Part shown: positions 15,808 through 24,776 of the stretch, one piece after another
How the letters are laid out: the number at the start of each line of letters is the position of its first letter
Position numbering within the stretch: position 1 is the first letter of the stretch
Source of the DNA: Pseudolabrys sp.
GTDB taxonomy: Bacteria; Pseudomonadota; Alphaproteobacteria; Rhizobiales; Xanthobacteraceae
Assembly: GCA_037381985.1 (NCBI GenBank)
Contig: JARRQH010000010.1
Location: forward strand, 53 to 64,052
Direction of reading: 5' to 3'
Length of the DNA stretch: 64,000 nucleotides
The notes under the pieces: generated by a model
What the model was told of the DNA's origin: nothing
Database searches by the model: none
What the model saw: the letters and a program-made list of their open reading frames with translations, nothing else
Program-made: the position numbers and the translations under genes

Positions 15808-16118
15808 TGACCCATATCCTTCAGCAAGACCTTGAGCGCTTCGATGCGTACAGGCCAGTAGGCGCGGTATCTCGCCAACCATTGCGCGATGAAAGCCAAC
15901 CCTTCGGGATCGACCTCATAGTTCATGAAACGCCCCTGGCGCTCTTCGCGCACCAATCCGGCGTCTCGAAGAACGGCAAGATGTTGCGACATTGCCGGTT
16001 GGCTGATCGCCATACCCTCACGCAAGGCACTGGCGTTCATGCTGCCGATCGCCAGCTTCTCGAAAATCGCGCGGCGAGTCGGATCGGCTAAAGCGCGGAA
16101 TATCTCGTTCGCAGCCAT
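15804..16118 (-). CDS. ArsR/SmtB-family transcriptional regulator
   Basis: IFRALADPTRRAIFE, ISQPAMSQHLAVLRDAGLVREERQGR; no cysteines. Confidence 0.93.
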   Translation of the reverse strand: MAANEIFRALADPTRRAIFEKLAIGSMNASALREGMAISQPAMSQHLAVLRDAGLVREERQGRFMNYEVDPEGLAFIAQWLARYRAYWPVRIEALKVLLKDMGQ

Positions 16119-16125
16119 TCATATA

Positions 16126-16153
16126 CATAAGCATACACTTATGCGATTGGCAA
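16126..16153 (-). promoter_or_regulatory. Candidate ArsR operator overlapping a sigma70-like promoter
   Basis: Perfect inverted repeat CATAAG-N6-CTTATG at 16126-16143; on the minus strand TTGCCA-N17-TTATGT lies a few bases before the ATG. Confidence 0.65.
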
Positions 16154-16187
16154 GGCTTTTCAACAAGATTGGCCCGAACGGCAAAAA

Positions 16188-16218
16188 GAAACGGCCAGGG
16201 TTCGCCCCGGCCGTTTTT
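16188..16218 (+). repeat. Right copy of the 31-bp terminator direct repeat
   Basis: GAAACGGCCAGGGTTCGCCCCGGCCGTTTTT, 30/31 identical to 14684-14714; the flanking A run allows bidirectional termination. Confidence 0.85.
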
Positions 16219-16235
16219 TATTGTGCGCTTCGAAA

Positions 16236-16421
16236 TCAAGATATTCTAAAGCGCCCGATCACGCCGCGATCCGGTTCGAGGCCGATGCCTTCGGGCACGC
16301 GAATACAACCCGCGTCATCAAGTCTAAGCGCGGCGCCCCACAGACAGGCGGCGCGCTCCATATAAAACATCTCAACGAAAGAGCCATCGTCGCACAGCGA
16401 CAGCCGCATCAGAACAGGCAT
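16236..16421 (-). pseudogene. C-terminal remnant of a mandelate racemase/muconate lactonizing enzyme family gene
   Basis: ...FVEMFYMERAACLWG...AGCIRVPEGIGLEPDRGVIGRFRIS resembles the MR/MLE tail (G.I.VP.GPGLG.EPD..VI.RYR); no room for the N-terminus before fabI. Confidence 0.5.
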
Positions 16422-16445
16422 AAGCGAAGGCGTCGTCCCAGCCGC

Positions 16446-17267
16446 TCAGCCGCCGTTCTCGACCTCGCCGCCGGCCGCCTTCAGCGCGTCGGGTTGCGGC
16501 ATGGCGATGACGTTGTAGCCGCTGTCGACGAAATGAATCTCGCCGGTGACGCCGGTGGAGAGATCCGAGCACAGGTAAAGCCCGGCGCCGCCGAGTTCGT
16601 CGAGCGTCACGCCGCGGCCGAGCGGCGAATACTTCTGCTGGAAGGCGAACATGTAGCGCGCGTCGCCGATGCCGGCGCCGGCGAGCGTACGGATCGGCCC
16701 CGCCGAGATGGCGTTGACGCGGATCTTCTGGTGGCCGAAGTCGACGGCGAGATAACGCACCGAGGCTTCGAGCCCGGCCTTGGCCACGCCCATGACGTTG
16801 TAGTTCGGCATGGCGCGGTCGCCGCCGTTATAGGTCAGCGTCAGCATCGAGCCGCCGTTCGGCATCAGCGCGGCGGCGCGCTTGGCGGCTTCGGTGAAGG
16901 CAAAGCAGGAGATCACCAGGGTGCGTACGAAGTTCTCGCGCGTCGAATCGGCGTAGCGGCCCTTGAGCTGGCTCTTGTCGGAAAACGCCACCGCGTGCAC
17001 GAGGAAATCCATCGTGCCCCACTTGCTCTTGATCTCGTCGAACACCGCGTCGACCGAGGCGATATCCTCGACGTCGCAGGGCATGGTGAAGGTGGAGCCG
17101 GCCTGTTCGGCGAGCGGCTTGACGCGCTTGGCGAGCGCATCGCCCTGATAGGTGAAGGCCAGCTCGGCGCCATGCTGGCTAAGCGTCTTGGCGATGCCCC
17201 AGGCGATCGAGTGGTCGTTGGCGACCCCCATCACCAGCCCGCGCTTGCCTTCCATCAGTCCCGGCAT
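16446..17267 (-). CDS. fabI: Enoyl-ACP reductase FabI
   Basis: GVANDHSIAWGIA, PNYNVMGVAKAGLE, RVNAISAGPIRTLA. Confidence 0.96.
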   Translation of the reverse strand: MPGLMEGKRGLVMGVANDHSIAWGIAKTLSQHGAELAFTYQGDALAKRVKPLAEQAGSTFTMPCDVEDIASVDAVFDEIKSKWGTMDFLVHAVAFSDKSQLKGRYADSTRENFVRTLVISCFAFTEAAKRAAALMPNGGSMLTLTYNGGDRAMPNYNVMGVAKAGLEASVRYLAVDFGHQKIRVNAISAGPIRTLAGAGIGDARYMFAFQQKYSPLGRGVTLDELGGAGLYLCSDLSTGVTGEIHFVDSGYNVIAMPQPDALKAAGGEVENGG

Positions 17268-17284
17268 CGATATAGCCCCTCAAA

Positions 17285-17381
17285 TGTCGTCACCCGCGAA
17301 GGCGGGTGACCCAGTAACCCCTGCCTTCGCAACAAAGCAACACCGCGCGTACTAGATGCCCCGCTTTCGCGGGGCATGACA
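17285..17381. repeat. CGTC-type REP inverted pair (family A)
   Basis: TGTCGTCACCCGCGAAGGCGGGTGACCCAGTA ... TACTAGATGCCCCGCTTTCGCGGGGCATGACA. Confidence 0.85.
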
Positions 17382-17403
17382 GCTTAGTCAAAGACGCAAA
17401 CGC

Positions 17404-18627
17404 TCACGCGTCCACGTGCTTGAGCACCAGCGAGGCGTTGGTGCCGCCGAAGCCGAACGAATTCGACAGCACCGCGCCGATCGCGACGTTATCCTTGCGC
17501 TCACGCAGGATCGGCATGTCGGCGAAGGCGGGATCGATGGTCTCGATATTGGCGCTCTCGCAGATGAAGCCGTTCTGCATCATGAGCAGCGAATAGATCG
17601 CCTCCTGCACGCCGGTGGCACCGAGCGAATGGCCGGTGAGCGACTTGGTGGCCGAGATCGGCGGGCACTTGTCGCCACTGCCGAAGATGTTGCGCAAGGC
17701 TTCGATCTCGGGTCCATCGCCGGCCGGGGTCGAGGTGGCATGCGGATTGACGTAATCGATCGGCACCTCGCAGGTTTCGAGCGCCATGCGCATGCAGCGC
17801 TCGCCACCCTCGCCCGATGGCGCGACCATGTCGTAACCGTCCGAAGTGGCGCCATAGCCGGCCACCTCGGCATAGATCTTGGCGCCGCGCGCCTTGGCGT
17901 GCTCGAGCTCTTCCAGCACCAGCACGCCGGCACCGCCGGCGATCACGAACCCGTCGCGGTCGGCGTCATAGGCGCGCGACGCCTTCTGCGGGGTGTCGTT
18001 GTACTTGGACGACATGGCGCCCATGGCGTCGAACAGCATCGACAGCGTCCAGTCGAGCTCCTCGCAGCCGCCGGCAAACATCATGTCCTGCTTGCCCCAC
18101 TGGATCAGTTCCGCGGCATTGCCGATGCAGTGGTTGGAGGTCGCGCAGGCCGATGAGATCGAATAGTTCACGCCCTTGATCTTGAACCAGGTCGCGAGCG
18201 TCGCCGAGGCGGTCGACGACATCGCCTTCGGCACAGCGAACGGCCCGATGCGCTTGGGGCCCTTGGCGCGCGCGGTGTCGGCGGCCTCGATCAACGTGCG
18301 GGTCGAGGGGCCGCCCGAGCCCATGACGATGCCGGTGCGCGGGTTGGAGATGTCGCTTTCCTCGACGCCGGAATCGCGGATCGCCTGATCCATGGCGACG
18401 TGGTTCCAGGCGGTACCGCCGCCGTGAAAACGCATAGCGCGGCGGTCGACGACCTCGGCGGGATCAAGCGTCGGCGCGCCGTGCACCTGGCAGCGGAAGC
18501 CGAGCTCAGCGTATCTGTCGGCCTTGACGATGCCGGACTCGGCCTCGCGCAGGCTCGCCACGACCTCCTGCGTGTTGTTGCCGATCGATGAGACAATGCC
18601 CATCCCGGTGACGACGACCCGTCGCAT
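17404..18627 (-). CDS. fabB: Beta-ketoacyl-ACP synthase I
   Basis: [48 protein letters not shown]. Confidence 0.97.
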   Translation of the reverse strand: MRRVVVTGMGIVSSIGNNTQEVVASLREAESGIVKADRYAELGFRCQVHGAPTLDPAEVVDRRAMRFHGGGTAWNHVAMDQAIRDSGVEESDISNPRTGIVMGSGGPSTRTLIEAADTARAKGPKRIGPFAVPKAMSSTASATLATWFKIKGVNYSISSACATSNHCIGNAAELIQWGKQDMMFAGGCEELDWTLSMLFDAMGAMSSKYNDTPQKASRAYDADRDGFVIAGGAGVLVLEELEHAKARGAKIYAEVAGYGATSDGYDMVAPSGEGGERCMRMALETCEVPIDYVNPHATSTPAGDGPEIEALRNIFGSGDKCPPISATKSLTGHSLGATGVQEAIYSLLMMQNGFICESANIETIDPAFADMPILRERKDNVAIGAVLSNSFGFGGTNASLVLKHVDA

Positions 18628-18812
18628 AATCAGAATATCCTCAACTGGCGCAGTGGTTTGCTCATAGGGGCGCAGCCCGTGGACCACACGATCACAAAGC
18701 CCGAGATTACGGGACCTAGGATCATGGGGCCATCACCTTAGATCGCCCGGGCGGAACCGGCCCGCAACCCCCATGCCGGGAATGCCGCGCGGCCCCGCCA
18801 ATGCCGTCGGCC

Positions 18813-19346
18813 TCAAGCGCCACTCGGCTGTAACGCCTCGTCCTGCTTGAACAGGCCGACCTTGAGGTCGGAAGCCTTGTAGATCACCTCACCGTCGGCG
18901 GCGAGCCAGCCGTCGGCGATGCCGAGCACCAGCTTGGAGCGCATCACCCGCTTGAAGTCGATGCCGTAGACCACCTTCTTCATGGTCGGCAGCACCTGGC
19001 CCGAGAACTTGAGCTCGCCTAAGCCCAGCGCGCGGCCGCGGCCGGGCGCCCCCAGCCAGCCGAGGAAAAAGCCCACCATCTGCCACAGTGCGTCGAGGCC
19101 GAGGCAGCCCGGCATCACCGGGTCGCCCTTGAAATGGCAGAGGAAGAACCAGAGGTCCGGCTTCAGGTCGAGCTCGGCGCGTATCATGCCCTTGCCGTGC
19201 TCACCGCCGCTCTCCTGGATGTCGGTGATGCGGTCAAACATCAGCATCGGCGGCAGCGGGAGCTGCGCGTTGCCCGGGCCGAACAGCTCACCGCGGCCGC
19301 AGGCAAGCAGGTCCTCGTATTCGAAGCTGTGACGCCGTTCTTCCAT
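18813..19346 (-). CDS. fabA: 3-hydroxyacyl-ACP dehydratase/isomerase FabA
   Basis: [34 protein letters not shown]. Confidence 0.97.
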   Translation of the reverse strand: MEERRHSFEYEDLLACGRGELFGPGNAQLPLPPMLMFDRITDIQESGGEHGKGMIRAELDLKPDLWFFLCHFKGDPVMPGCLGLDALWQMVGFFLGWLGAPGRGRALGLGELKFSGQVLPTMKKVVYGIDFKRVMRSKLVLGIADGWLAADGEVIYKASDLKVGLFKQDEALQPSGA

Positions 19347-19621
19347 CGCTGTGTTCGCCCCGCCCTGCGGATCTGGCTGCTATTGGTTGGCCGAATTCCT
19401 AACATAAGGGGATTGGCCGGTCCAAGCTGGAGACCGCGAAGACCGCCGGCAATTTGGGTTGTCCCCACCGGCACCGCGACAAAATGGCCGCAATATTGGG
19501 CTATTAGGCACCTTTTGGTGCTGTTGCGAGGGAGTTGCATCTAGCGCCGGGAGTCGTGTATGTTGCAGATGAAACAGTCTGATGCCGGGTCCGCGGGATG
19601 CCGACCCATCGGGGTACAGCG

Positions 19622-20086
19622 ATGACGCAGACCTGCACCATGACCTTGCCGATCGGCGACACGTCCTCAATGACGGGTTGTCCGTGGCACGACGTGAAGG
19701 CAATGTTGCGCCAGGTTGGCTTGCGGCCCACGCGCCAGCGCATGGCGCTGGGCTGGATCCTGTTCGGCAAGGGCGACCGCCATCTGACCGCGGAAATGCT
19801 CTACGAGGAGGCCAGCCGCGCCAAGGTGCCGGTTTCGCTTGCCACCATCTACAACACGCTGCACCAGTTTACCGAGGTCGGTCTGCTGCGTCAGGTCGCG
19901 GTCGACGGCGCCAAGGCCTATTTCGACACCAACGTGTCGTCCCACCACCACTTCTACGTGGAAGACGACGACGCGGTGCTCGACATTCCGGACGCCGACG
20001 TGATGCTGCGCGCCGCGCCGACCCCGCCGGAAGGCTACGAAATCGCCCGCGTCGATGTGGTGGTGCGGCTGCGGAAGAAGAAATAA
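19622..20086 (+). CDS. irr: Iron response regulator Irr (Fur family)
   Basis: GCPWHD heme-regulatory motif, GLRPTRQR, SLATIYNTL, HHHF; divergent from fabA; start codon uncertain. Confidence 0.9.
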   Translation: MTQTCTMTLPIGDTSSMTGCPWHDVKAMLRQVGLRPTRQRMALGWILFGKGDRHLTAEMLYEEASRAKVPVSLATIYNTLHQFTEVGLLRQVAVDGAKAYFDTNVSSHHHFYVEDDDAVLDIPDADVMLRAAPTPPEGYEIARVDVVVRLRKKK

Positions 20087-20111
20087 CGGGCGTTTTTCAG
20101 CTTGTTTGAAT

Positions 20112-20180
20112 GATCGTGGCCGGGCGTAGAAGTTCGAATAACGGCGTTCTTCAGAACGCCTATGTCCCGGCCATTTCGCT
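20112..20180 (-). repeat. Single family-B palindromic arm
   Basis: Reverse complement closely matches 61268-61336 (ATGGCCGGGACATAGGC...GAAGAACGCCGTT...CTACGCCCGGCCA); lies between convergent genes. Confidence 0.75.
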
Positions 20181-20195
20181 TTTGGCGCAGCTGGA

Positions 20196-20801
20196 TTAGT
20201 CGTCGACCTTCTCGTTCGGATAGGCGCCCCACAGGCGGATCTGCATGATCCAGCCGTCGAAGCCCTTGCCGCTGAACTCGCACCAAGTGCCCGTGCAGGA
20301 TACCAGCTTGCCCAGCACGCCGGCCTGCAGGCGCGCCACCACCGCGGACTTGGCGTCCGGGTTGGCGTAGAGCGGCACCAGGTCGGTCTTCAGGGTCGGC
20401 ACCACCACCGCGGTGCGCTTGCCGGACAGGAGCGAGTGGTAGACCCAGCCTTCCGCCCCCTGCCAATCGCGGATGCGCCGCCAGTTCTCAAACTCAGCGG
20501 TGATTTCCACCGGCATCCCGGCACGGGTGTAAACCCACTGCACGTCCTGATCGCGGCTGGGGCCGGAGCGGACGTTGATCCGGTCCGCCTTCAGGCTCAC
20601 GAACCGGGGCACCGGCAGGCCGGTCACCGAGCCGCGGCCGAGCGCGATATCCGTCCCCTTGGCCCCCTTGGTCGCTTTGGCGCCGCCGGCGGCCTGCGCC
20701 AGGGTCCCCACCAGCGCCAATAGTAAAATGCCGGCCGCCGCCACGAGGGCGGCGGCAAAGCGGCGGCGCGCGGCGCCAGAGCTTTGTGTTGTGACGGCCA
20801 T
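20196..20801 (-). CDS. Exported tandem bacterial SH3 domain protein
   Basis: Signal peptide; GLPVPRFVSLK, NVRSGPS, WRRIRDWQGAEGWV, LWGAYPNE. Confidence 0.9.
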   Translation of the reverse strand: MAVTTQSSGAARRRFAAALVAAAGILLLALVGTLAQAAGGAKATKGAKGTDIALGRGSVTGLPVPRFVSLKADRINVRSGPSRDQDVQWVYTRAGMPVEITAEFENWRRIRDWQGAEGWVYHSLLSGKRTAVVVPTLKTDLVPLYANPDAKSAVVARLQAGVLGKLVSCTGTWCEFSGKGFDGWIMQIRLWGAYPNEKVDD

Positions 20802-20934
20802 CTGCTAGGAAAAAGCATGAGTTTGGGGCGTGCCTGCGGCACGGCCGCAGTGTGGGTGAGCACGGTTAAAGAGGGCTGAATCGGCGCAATTTTGGCGGGG
20901 TGACAATCCGCCGGACGCCGCGGTGAAGAGGACA

Positions 20935-21951
20935 ATGGCGAAGACCAAGAAACCGCTCGTGGTTGTTACGCGCAAGCTGCCCGACAACGTCGAGCTGCGG
21001 ATGCGGGAACTTTTCGACGCCCGCCTCAACCCCGACGACAAGCCCATGACCCAGGCCCAACTCGCCGAGGCGGTGAAGAGCGCCGACGTGCTGGTGCCCA
21101 CCGTCACCGACCGCATCGACGCGGCCGTGCTCGGCAAGGCCGGCGAGCAACTCAAGCTGATCGCCAATTTCGGCAACGGCGTCGACAATATCGACGTCGC
21201 CACCGCCGTGCAGCGCGGCATCACGGTCACCAACACACCGGGCGTGCTGACCGAGGACACCGCCGACATGACTATGGCGCTGATCCTGGCGGTGCCGCGG
21301 CGGCTGGTGGAAGGCGCCAACATCGTCACTACGGACGACAGCAGTTGGACGGGCTGGTCGCCGACCTGGATGCTCGGCCACCGCATCTGGGGCAAGCGGC
21401 TGGGCATCGTCGGCATGGGCCGCATCGGCCAGGCGGTGGCGCGGCGCGCCGGCGCCTTCGGCCTGCAGATCCACTATCACAACCGCCGCCGCGTCGCGCC
21501 CGCGATCGAGCAGGACCTCGACGCTACCTATTGGGAGAGCCTCGACCAGATGCTCGCCCGCATGGACATCATCTCGATCAACTGCCCGCACACGCCGGCG
21601 ACCTACCATCTGCTGTCGGCGCGGCGGCTGAAACTGCTGCGATCGGAGAGCTATATCGTCAACACCTCGCGCGGCGAGTCTCGCGGCGAGGTGATCGACG
21701 AGAACGCGCTATCGCGGCTGTTCGAAGGCGGCCAGATCGCCGGTGCCGGCCTCGACGTGTTCGAGCACGAGCCGGCGGTGAACCCCAAGCTCGTCAAGCT
21801 CGCGCGCGACGGCAAGGTGGTGCTGCTGCCGCACATGGGCTCGGCCACGCTCGAAGGCCGCATCGACATGGGCGAGAAGGTGATCATCAACATCCGCACC
21901 TTCATGGACGGGCACCGGCCGCCGGACCGTGTGTTGCCGTCGATGCTGTGA
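20935..21951 (+). CDS. D-2-hydroxyacid dehydrogenase (glyoxylate reductase/D-glycerate dehydrogenase)
   Basis: GVDNID, VTNTPGVLTEDTAD, GMGRIG, AGLDVFEHEP, LPHMGSAT; has a duplicated SRGE. Confidence 0.92.
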   Translation: MAKTKKPLVVVTRKLPDNVELRMRELFDARLNPDDKPMTQAQLAEAVKSADVLVPTVTDRIDAAVLGKAGEQLKLIANFGNGVDNIDVATAVQRGITVTNTPGVLTEDTADMTMALILAVPRRLVEGANIVTTDDSSWTGWSPTWMLGHRIWGKRLGIVGMGRIGQAVARRAGAFGLQIHYHNRRRVAPAIEQDLDATYWESLDQMLARMDIISINCPHTPATYHLLSARRLKLLRSESYIVNTSRGESRGEVIDENALSRLFEGGQIAGAGLDVFEHEPAVNPKLVKLARDGKVVLLPHMGSATLEGRIDMGEKVIINIRTFMDGHRPPDRVLPSML

Positions 21952-21968
21952 AGCGCATCACACTCGGC

Positions 21969-22052
21969 CGTCATCATCCGCGAAGGCGGATGATCCAGTA
22001 AACAGTAGGCTGTCAGTGATTACTGGATGCCCCGCCTTCGCGGGGCATGACA
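21969..22052. repeat. CGTC-type REP inverted pair (family A)
   Basis: CGTCATCATCCGCGAAGGCGGATGATCCAGTA ... TACTGGATGCCCCGCCTTCGCGGGGCATGACA. Confidence 0.88.
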
Positions 22053-22060
22053 GCAAGTGA

Positions 22061-22864
22061 TTACCGCGTATGCCCCGACAAATCCCTGATCGTCGGCGTC
22101 TCACCGTTCAACGGATTGGCCGGATCCCACCCATAGCTCAGCGTCTCGAAGCGCATCGAGCGGGCGTCGACCATCAGCAACCGCCCGACCAGCCCCTCGC
22201 CGAAACCGACGATCTCGCGGATCACTTCAAGCGCCATCAATGAGCCGAGCACGCCCGGCAGCGCGCCGAGGATGCCCGCTTCCGCGCAGGCCGGAATCGA
22301 GCCGGGCGGCGGCGGCTCGGGAAACAGACAGCGATAGGTCGGGTTGGGCTTGCCGTCGGCGCCGGTCTCGTGCGCGCGGATCGAGGTGAGCGAGCCGTCG
22401 AAGGTGCCGACCGCTGCCGTGATCAGCGGTTTCTTCGCGAAGTAGCAGGCGTCTGACGAGAGATAGCGCGTATCGAAATTATCGGAGCCGTCGACGACGA
22501 GGTCGTAGCCCGAAATCAGGTCGAGCGCGTTGCCGGCATCGAGGCGCGTCATATGGGTCTCGACCGCGACGTGCGGATTGAGCCGCGAGATCACGGCTTC
22601 CGCGCCATCCACCTTGCGGTCGCCGATGTCGTCGGTGCCGAAGATCACCTGGCGCTGCAGGTTGGACAGCGACACCACGTCGTCGTCAACGACGCCGAGA
22701 GTGCCGACGCCGGCCGCGGCAAGATATAGCAGCACCGGCGCGCCGAGGCCGCCGGCACCGATCACCAGCACGCGGGCGGCCTTGAGCTTGCCCTGGCCGG
22801 GGCCGCCCACTTCACGCAGGACGATGTGGCGGGCGTAACGTTCGAGTTCCGATGGGTCGAGCAT
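22061..22864 (-). CDS. moeB: Molybdopterin-synthase adenylyltransferase MoeB (ThiF/MoeB family)
   Basis: ERYARHI, GAGGLG, SNLQRQ, DGSDNFDTRY, YRCLFP, CAEAGILG. Confidence 0.9.
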   Translation of the reverse strand: MLDPSELERYARHIVLREVGGPGQGKLKAARVLVIGAGGLGAPVLLYLAAAGVGTLGVVDDDVVSLSNLQRQVIFGTDDIGDRKVDGAEAVISRLNPHVAVETHMTRLDAGNALDLISGYDLVVDGSDNFDTRYLSSDACYFAKKPLITAAVGTFDGSLTSIRAHETGADGKPNPTYRCLFPEPPPPGSIPACAEAGILGALPGVLGSLMALEVIREIVGFGEGLVGRLLMVDARSMRFETLSYGWDPANPLNGETPTIRDLSGHTR

Positions 22865-22989
22865 GGCAAACCTTAGCACCGGCGGCGCCCGGGAGACCAA
22901 CCGCGGCCGGAGGGCTCGGCGGCTTTGCGCCCGCGCGGCGATGGACTAGCATGCTCCGGGTCCATCGTAACCGTGGCGTTGATGTGTCG

Positions 22990-24645
22990 ATGCGTCGTGT
23001 CCCGATCCTGTTGGTGCTCGCCTTTTTGGCGCCGGCTTTCGGCCTGAGCGCGCCCGCGGCGCGGGCGGGCATATTGGAGCGGCTGTTCACCACCAGCGCG
23101 GCGTCGAAAGGCGCCAAGAAAGACGCCAAGGCCAAGCCGAAGCACCACCACCGCCGCCGCCACACGGTCCGGCTGCCGCACAAGCCGCATAAGGACGTGC
23201 CGCTGCCGAAGGCCGTGCCGGACGCACGGCCCGCCAAGGCCGACGCCAAGACCGACGCTAAGGCCGACGCCAAAGCGAAGGCCAAATCCGCTGCCACAAA
23301 GCCGAAGCCCGCCGAAACGCAATCCATCGCCGCCCGTAGCGCTCCGGCCGAGAGCGAAAAACAGGCCGAGACCACCGGCGCGGTCGCCACGCCGCCGCCG
23401 CGCCCCGACGACATCGCGCCGCCGCAAGCGGACATGCGCGCCGGCATCCCGGCCGGCGAGCGGCTGCGCATCCAGTCGGCGCTGATGTGGGCCGGCGACT
23501 ACGACGGCGCGGGCAAGACTGACGCGCCGCTCACCGCCGCGGTCAAGAACTTCCAGAAGCGGCACAAGGAGAAAGTTACCGGCGTGCTCACCGTCAAGCA
23601 GCGTGCCGCATTGCTCGCCGCCGGCGACCGCTACGTGCGCCGCTTCGGCTGGCGCGTGGTCACCGATCCGGCGACCGGCATCCGCATCGGCCTGCCGACC
23701 AAGCTGACGCCGGCCGCGCATGACGCAGCCCACGGCACGCGCTGGACGTCGCCGAACGGCGCGATGCAGATCGAAACCTTCCGGCTGAAGGATCCGCATC
23801 TCACCCTCAAGGATCTCTACGCGCGGGAACGCAAGACGCCGTCGACGCGGCGCGTGTCGCGCCACACCCTGAACGATCACGATTTTGCCCTGCACGGCAT
23901 GCAACGCTTGAAATATTTCGACGTGCATGCCGAGCAACGCGACGGCGAGATCCGCGGCTACACCCTGCTCTACGACCAGGCCATGAACGGCATCGTCGCG
24001 CCGGTGGTGAATGCGATGGCCGCGGCGTTCGCGCCGTTTCCGGCACGCGCTATGCCGTTCGCGGTGCTGGCGAGGCCGGTCGAATACGGCACCGGGCTGA
24101 TCGTTGGCGCCCGCGGCGATATCGTCACCGACCGCCAGGTGACCGACGGCTGCAAGGTGATCGTCGCCGCCGGCCTCGGCAGCGCCGAGCGCGTCGCCGA
24201 AGACAAGGCCCAGGGGCTGGCGTTGTTGCGCGTCTACGGCCAGCGCGACCTGCCGGCGCTGCCGCTGCCGCGCGACGTCGCGAAAACCAAGGAATCAAGA
24301 AAGTCGCTGACGCTGATCGGCATTCCCGACCCGCACGACCAGCAAGGCGCGCATTCGCCCAAGGAGTTCAAGGCGCGGCTTGCGAGCGGCGGCGCCGTCG
24401 ACCTGCGGCAGCCGGTCCCGATGGCCGGGCTGTCCGGCGGCGCCGTGCTTGATGACGCCGGTCACGTCGTCGGCATGATGGGCACGCGCAACGCGGTGCT
24501 GGCGAGCAACGGCCCACCGCTGGCGCCGGTGCATCTGGTGACGACCGCCACGATCCGGGATTTCCTGCACGCGCATGACGTGACGACAGCGACGAGCGGC
24601 AACGCGCGCGATGCGCTGGTGCGCGTGATTTGCGTCAGGAAGTAA
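22990..24645 (+). CDS. Exported peptidoglycan-binding protein with a C-terminal trypsin-like domain
   Basis: Signal peptide, K/A/D-rich linker, IQSALMWAGDYDG...AVKNFQK...TGVLT PG-binding motif, YGTGLIV, GLSGGAVLD. Confidence 0.75.
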   Translation: MRRVPILLVLAFLAPAFGLSAPAARAGILERLFTTSAASKGAKKDAKAKPKHHHRRRHTVRLPHKPHKDVPLPKAVPDARPAKADAKTDAKADAKAKAKSAATKPKPAETQSIAARSAPAESEKQAETTGAVATPPPRPDDIAPPQADMRAGIPAGERLRIQSALMWAGDYDGAGKTDAPLTAAVKNFQKRHKEKVTGVLTVKQRAALLAAGDRYVRRFGWRVVTDPATGIRIGLPTKLTPAAHDAAHGTRWTSPNGAMQIETFRLKDPHLTLKDLYARERKTPSTRRVSRHTLNDHDFALHGMQRLKYFDVHAEQRDGEIRGYTLLYDQAMNGIVAPVVNAMAAAFAPFPARAMPFAVLARPVEYGTGLIVGARGDIVTDRQVTDGCKVIVAAGLGSAERVAEDKAQGLALLRVYGQRDLPALPLPRDVAKTKESRKSLTLIGIPDPHDQQGAHSPKEFKARLASGGAVDLRQPVPMAGLSGGAVLDDAGHVVGMMGTRNAVLASNGPPLAPVHLVTTATIRDFLHAHDVTTATSGNARDALVRVICVRK

Positions 24646-24671
24646 CGGTCGACCAGGCCACACCCCGAGGG

Positions 24672-24754
24672 TGTCATCGTCCGCGAAAGCGGACGATCCA
24701 GTAATCCCCGCGGTCTCTGGTGTTTACTGGGTCCCGCTTTCGCGGAGGACGATA
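24672..24754. repeat. CGTC-type REP inverted pair (family A)
   Basis: TGTCATCGTCCGCGAAAGCGGACGATCCAGTA ... TACTGGGTCCCGCTTTCGCGGAGGACGATA. Confidence 0.82.
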
Positions 24755-24776
24755 TCAGAGTTGGCGAACCCGCGCC

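Noticed and set aside
16234-16250. Irr ICE box ending TTCTAAA
   Set aside because: Only one half of TTTAGAA-N3-TTCTAAA matches, and it lies at the 3' end of a remnant
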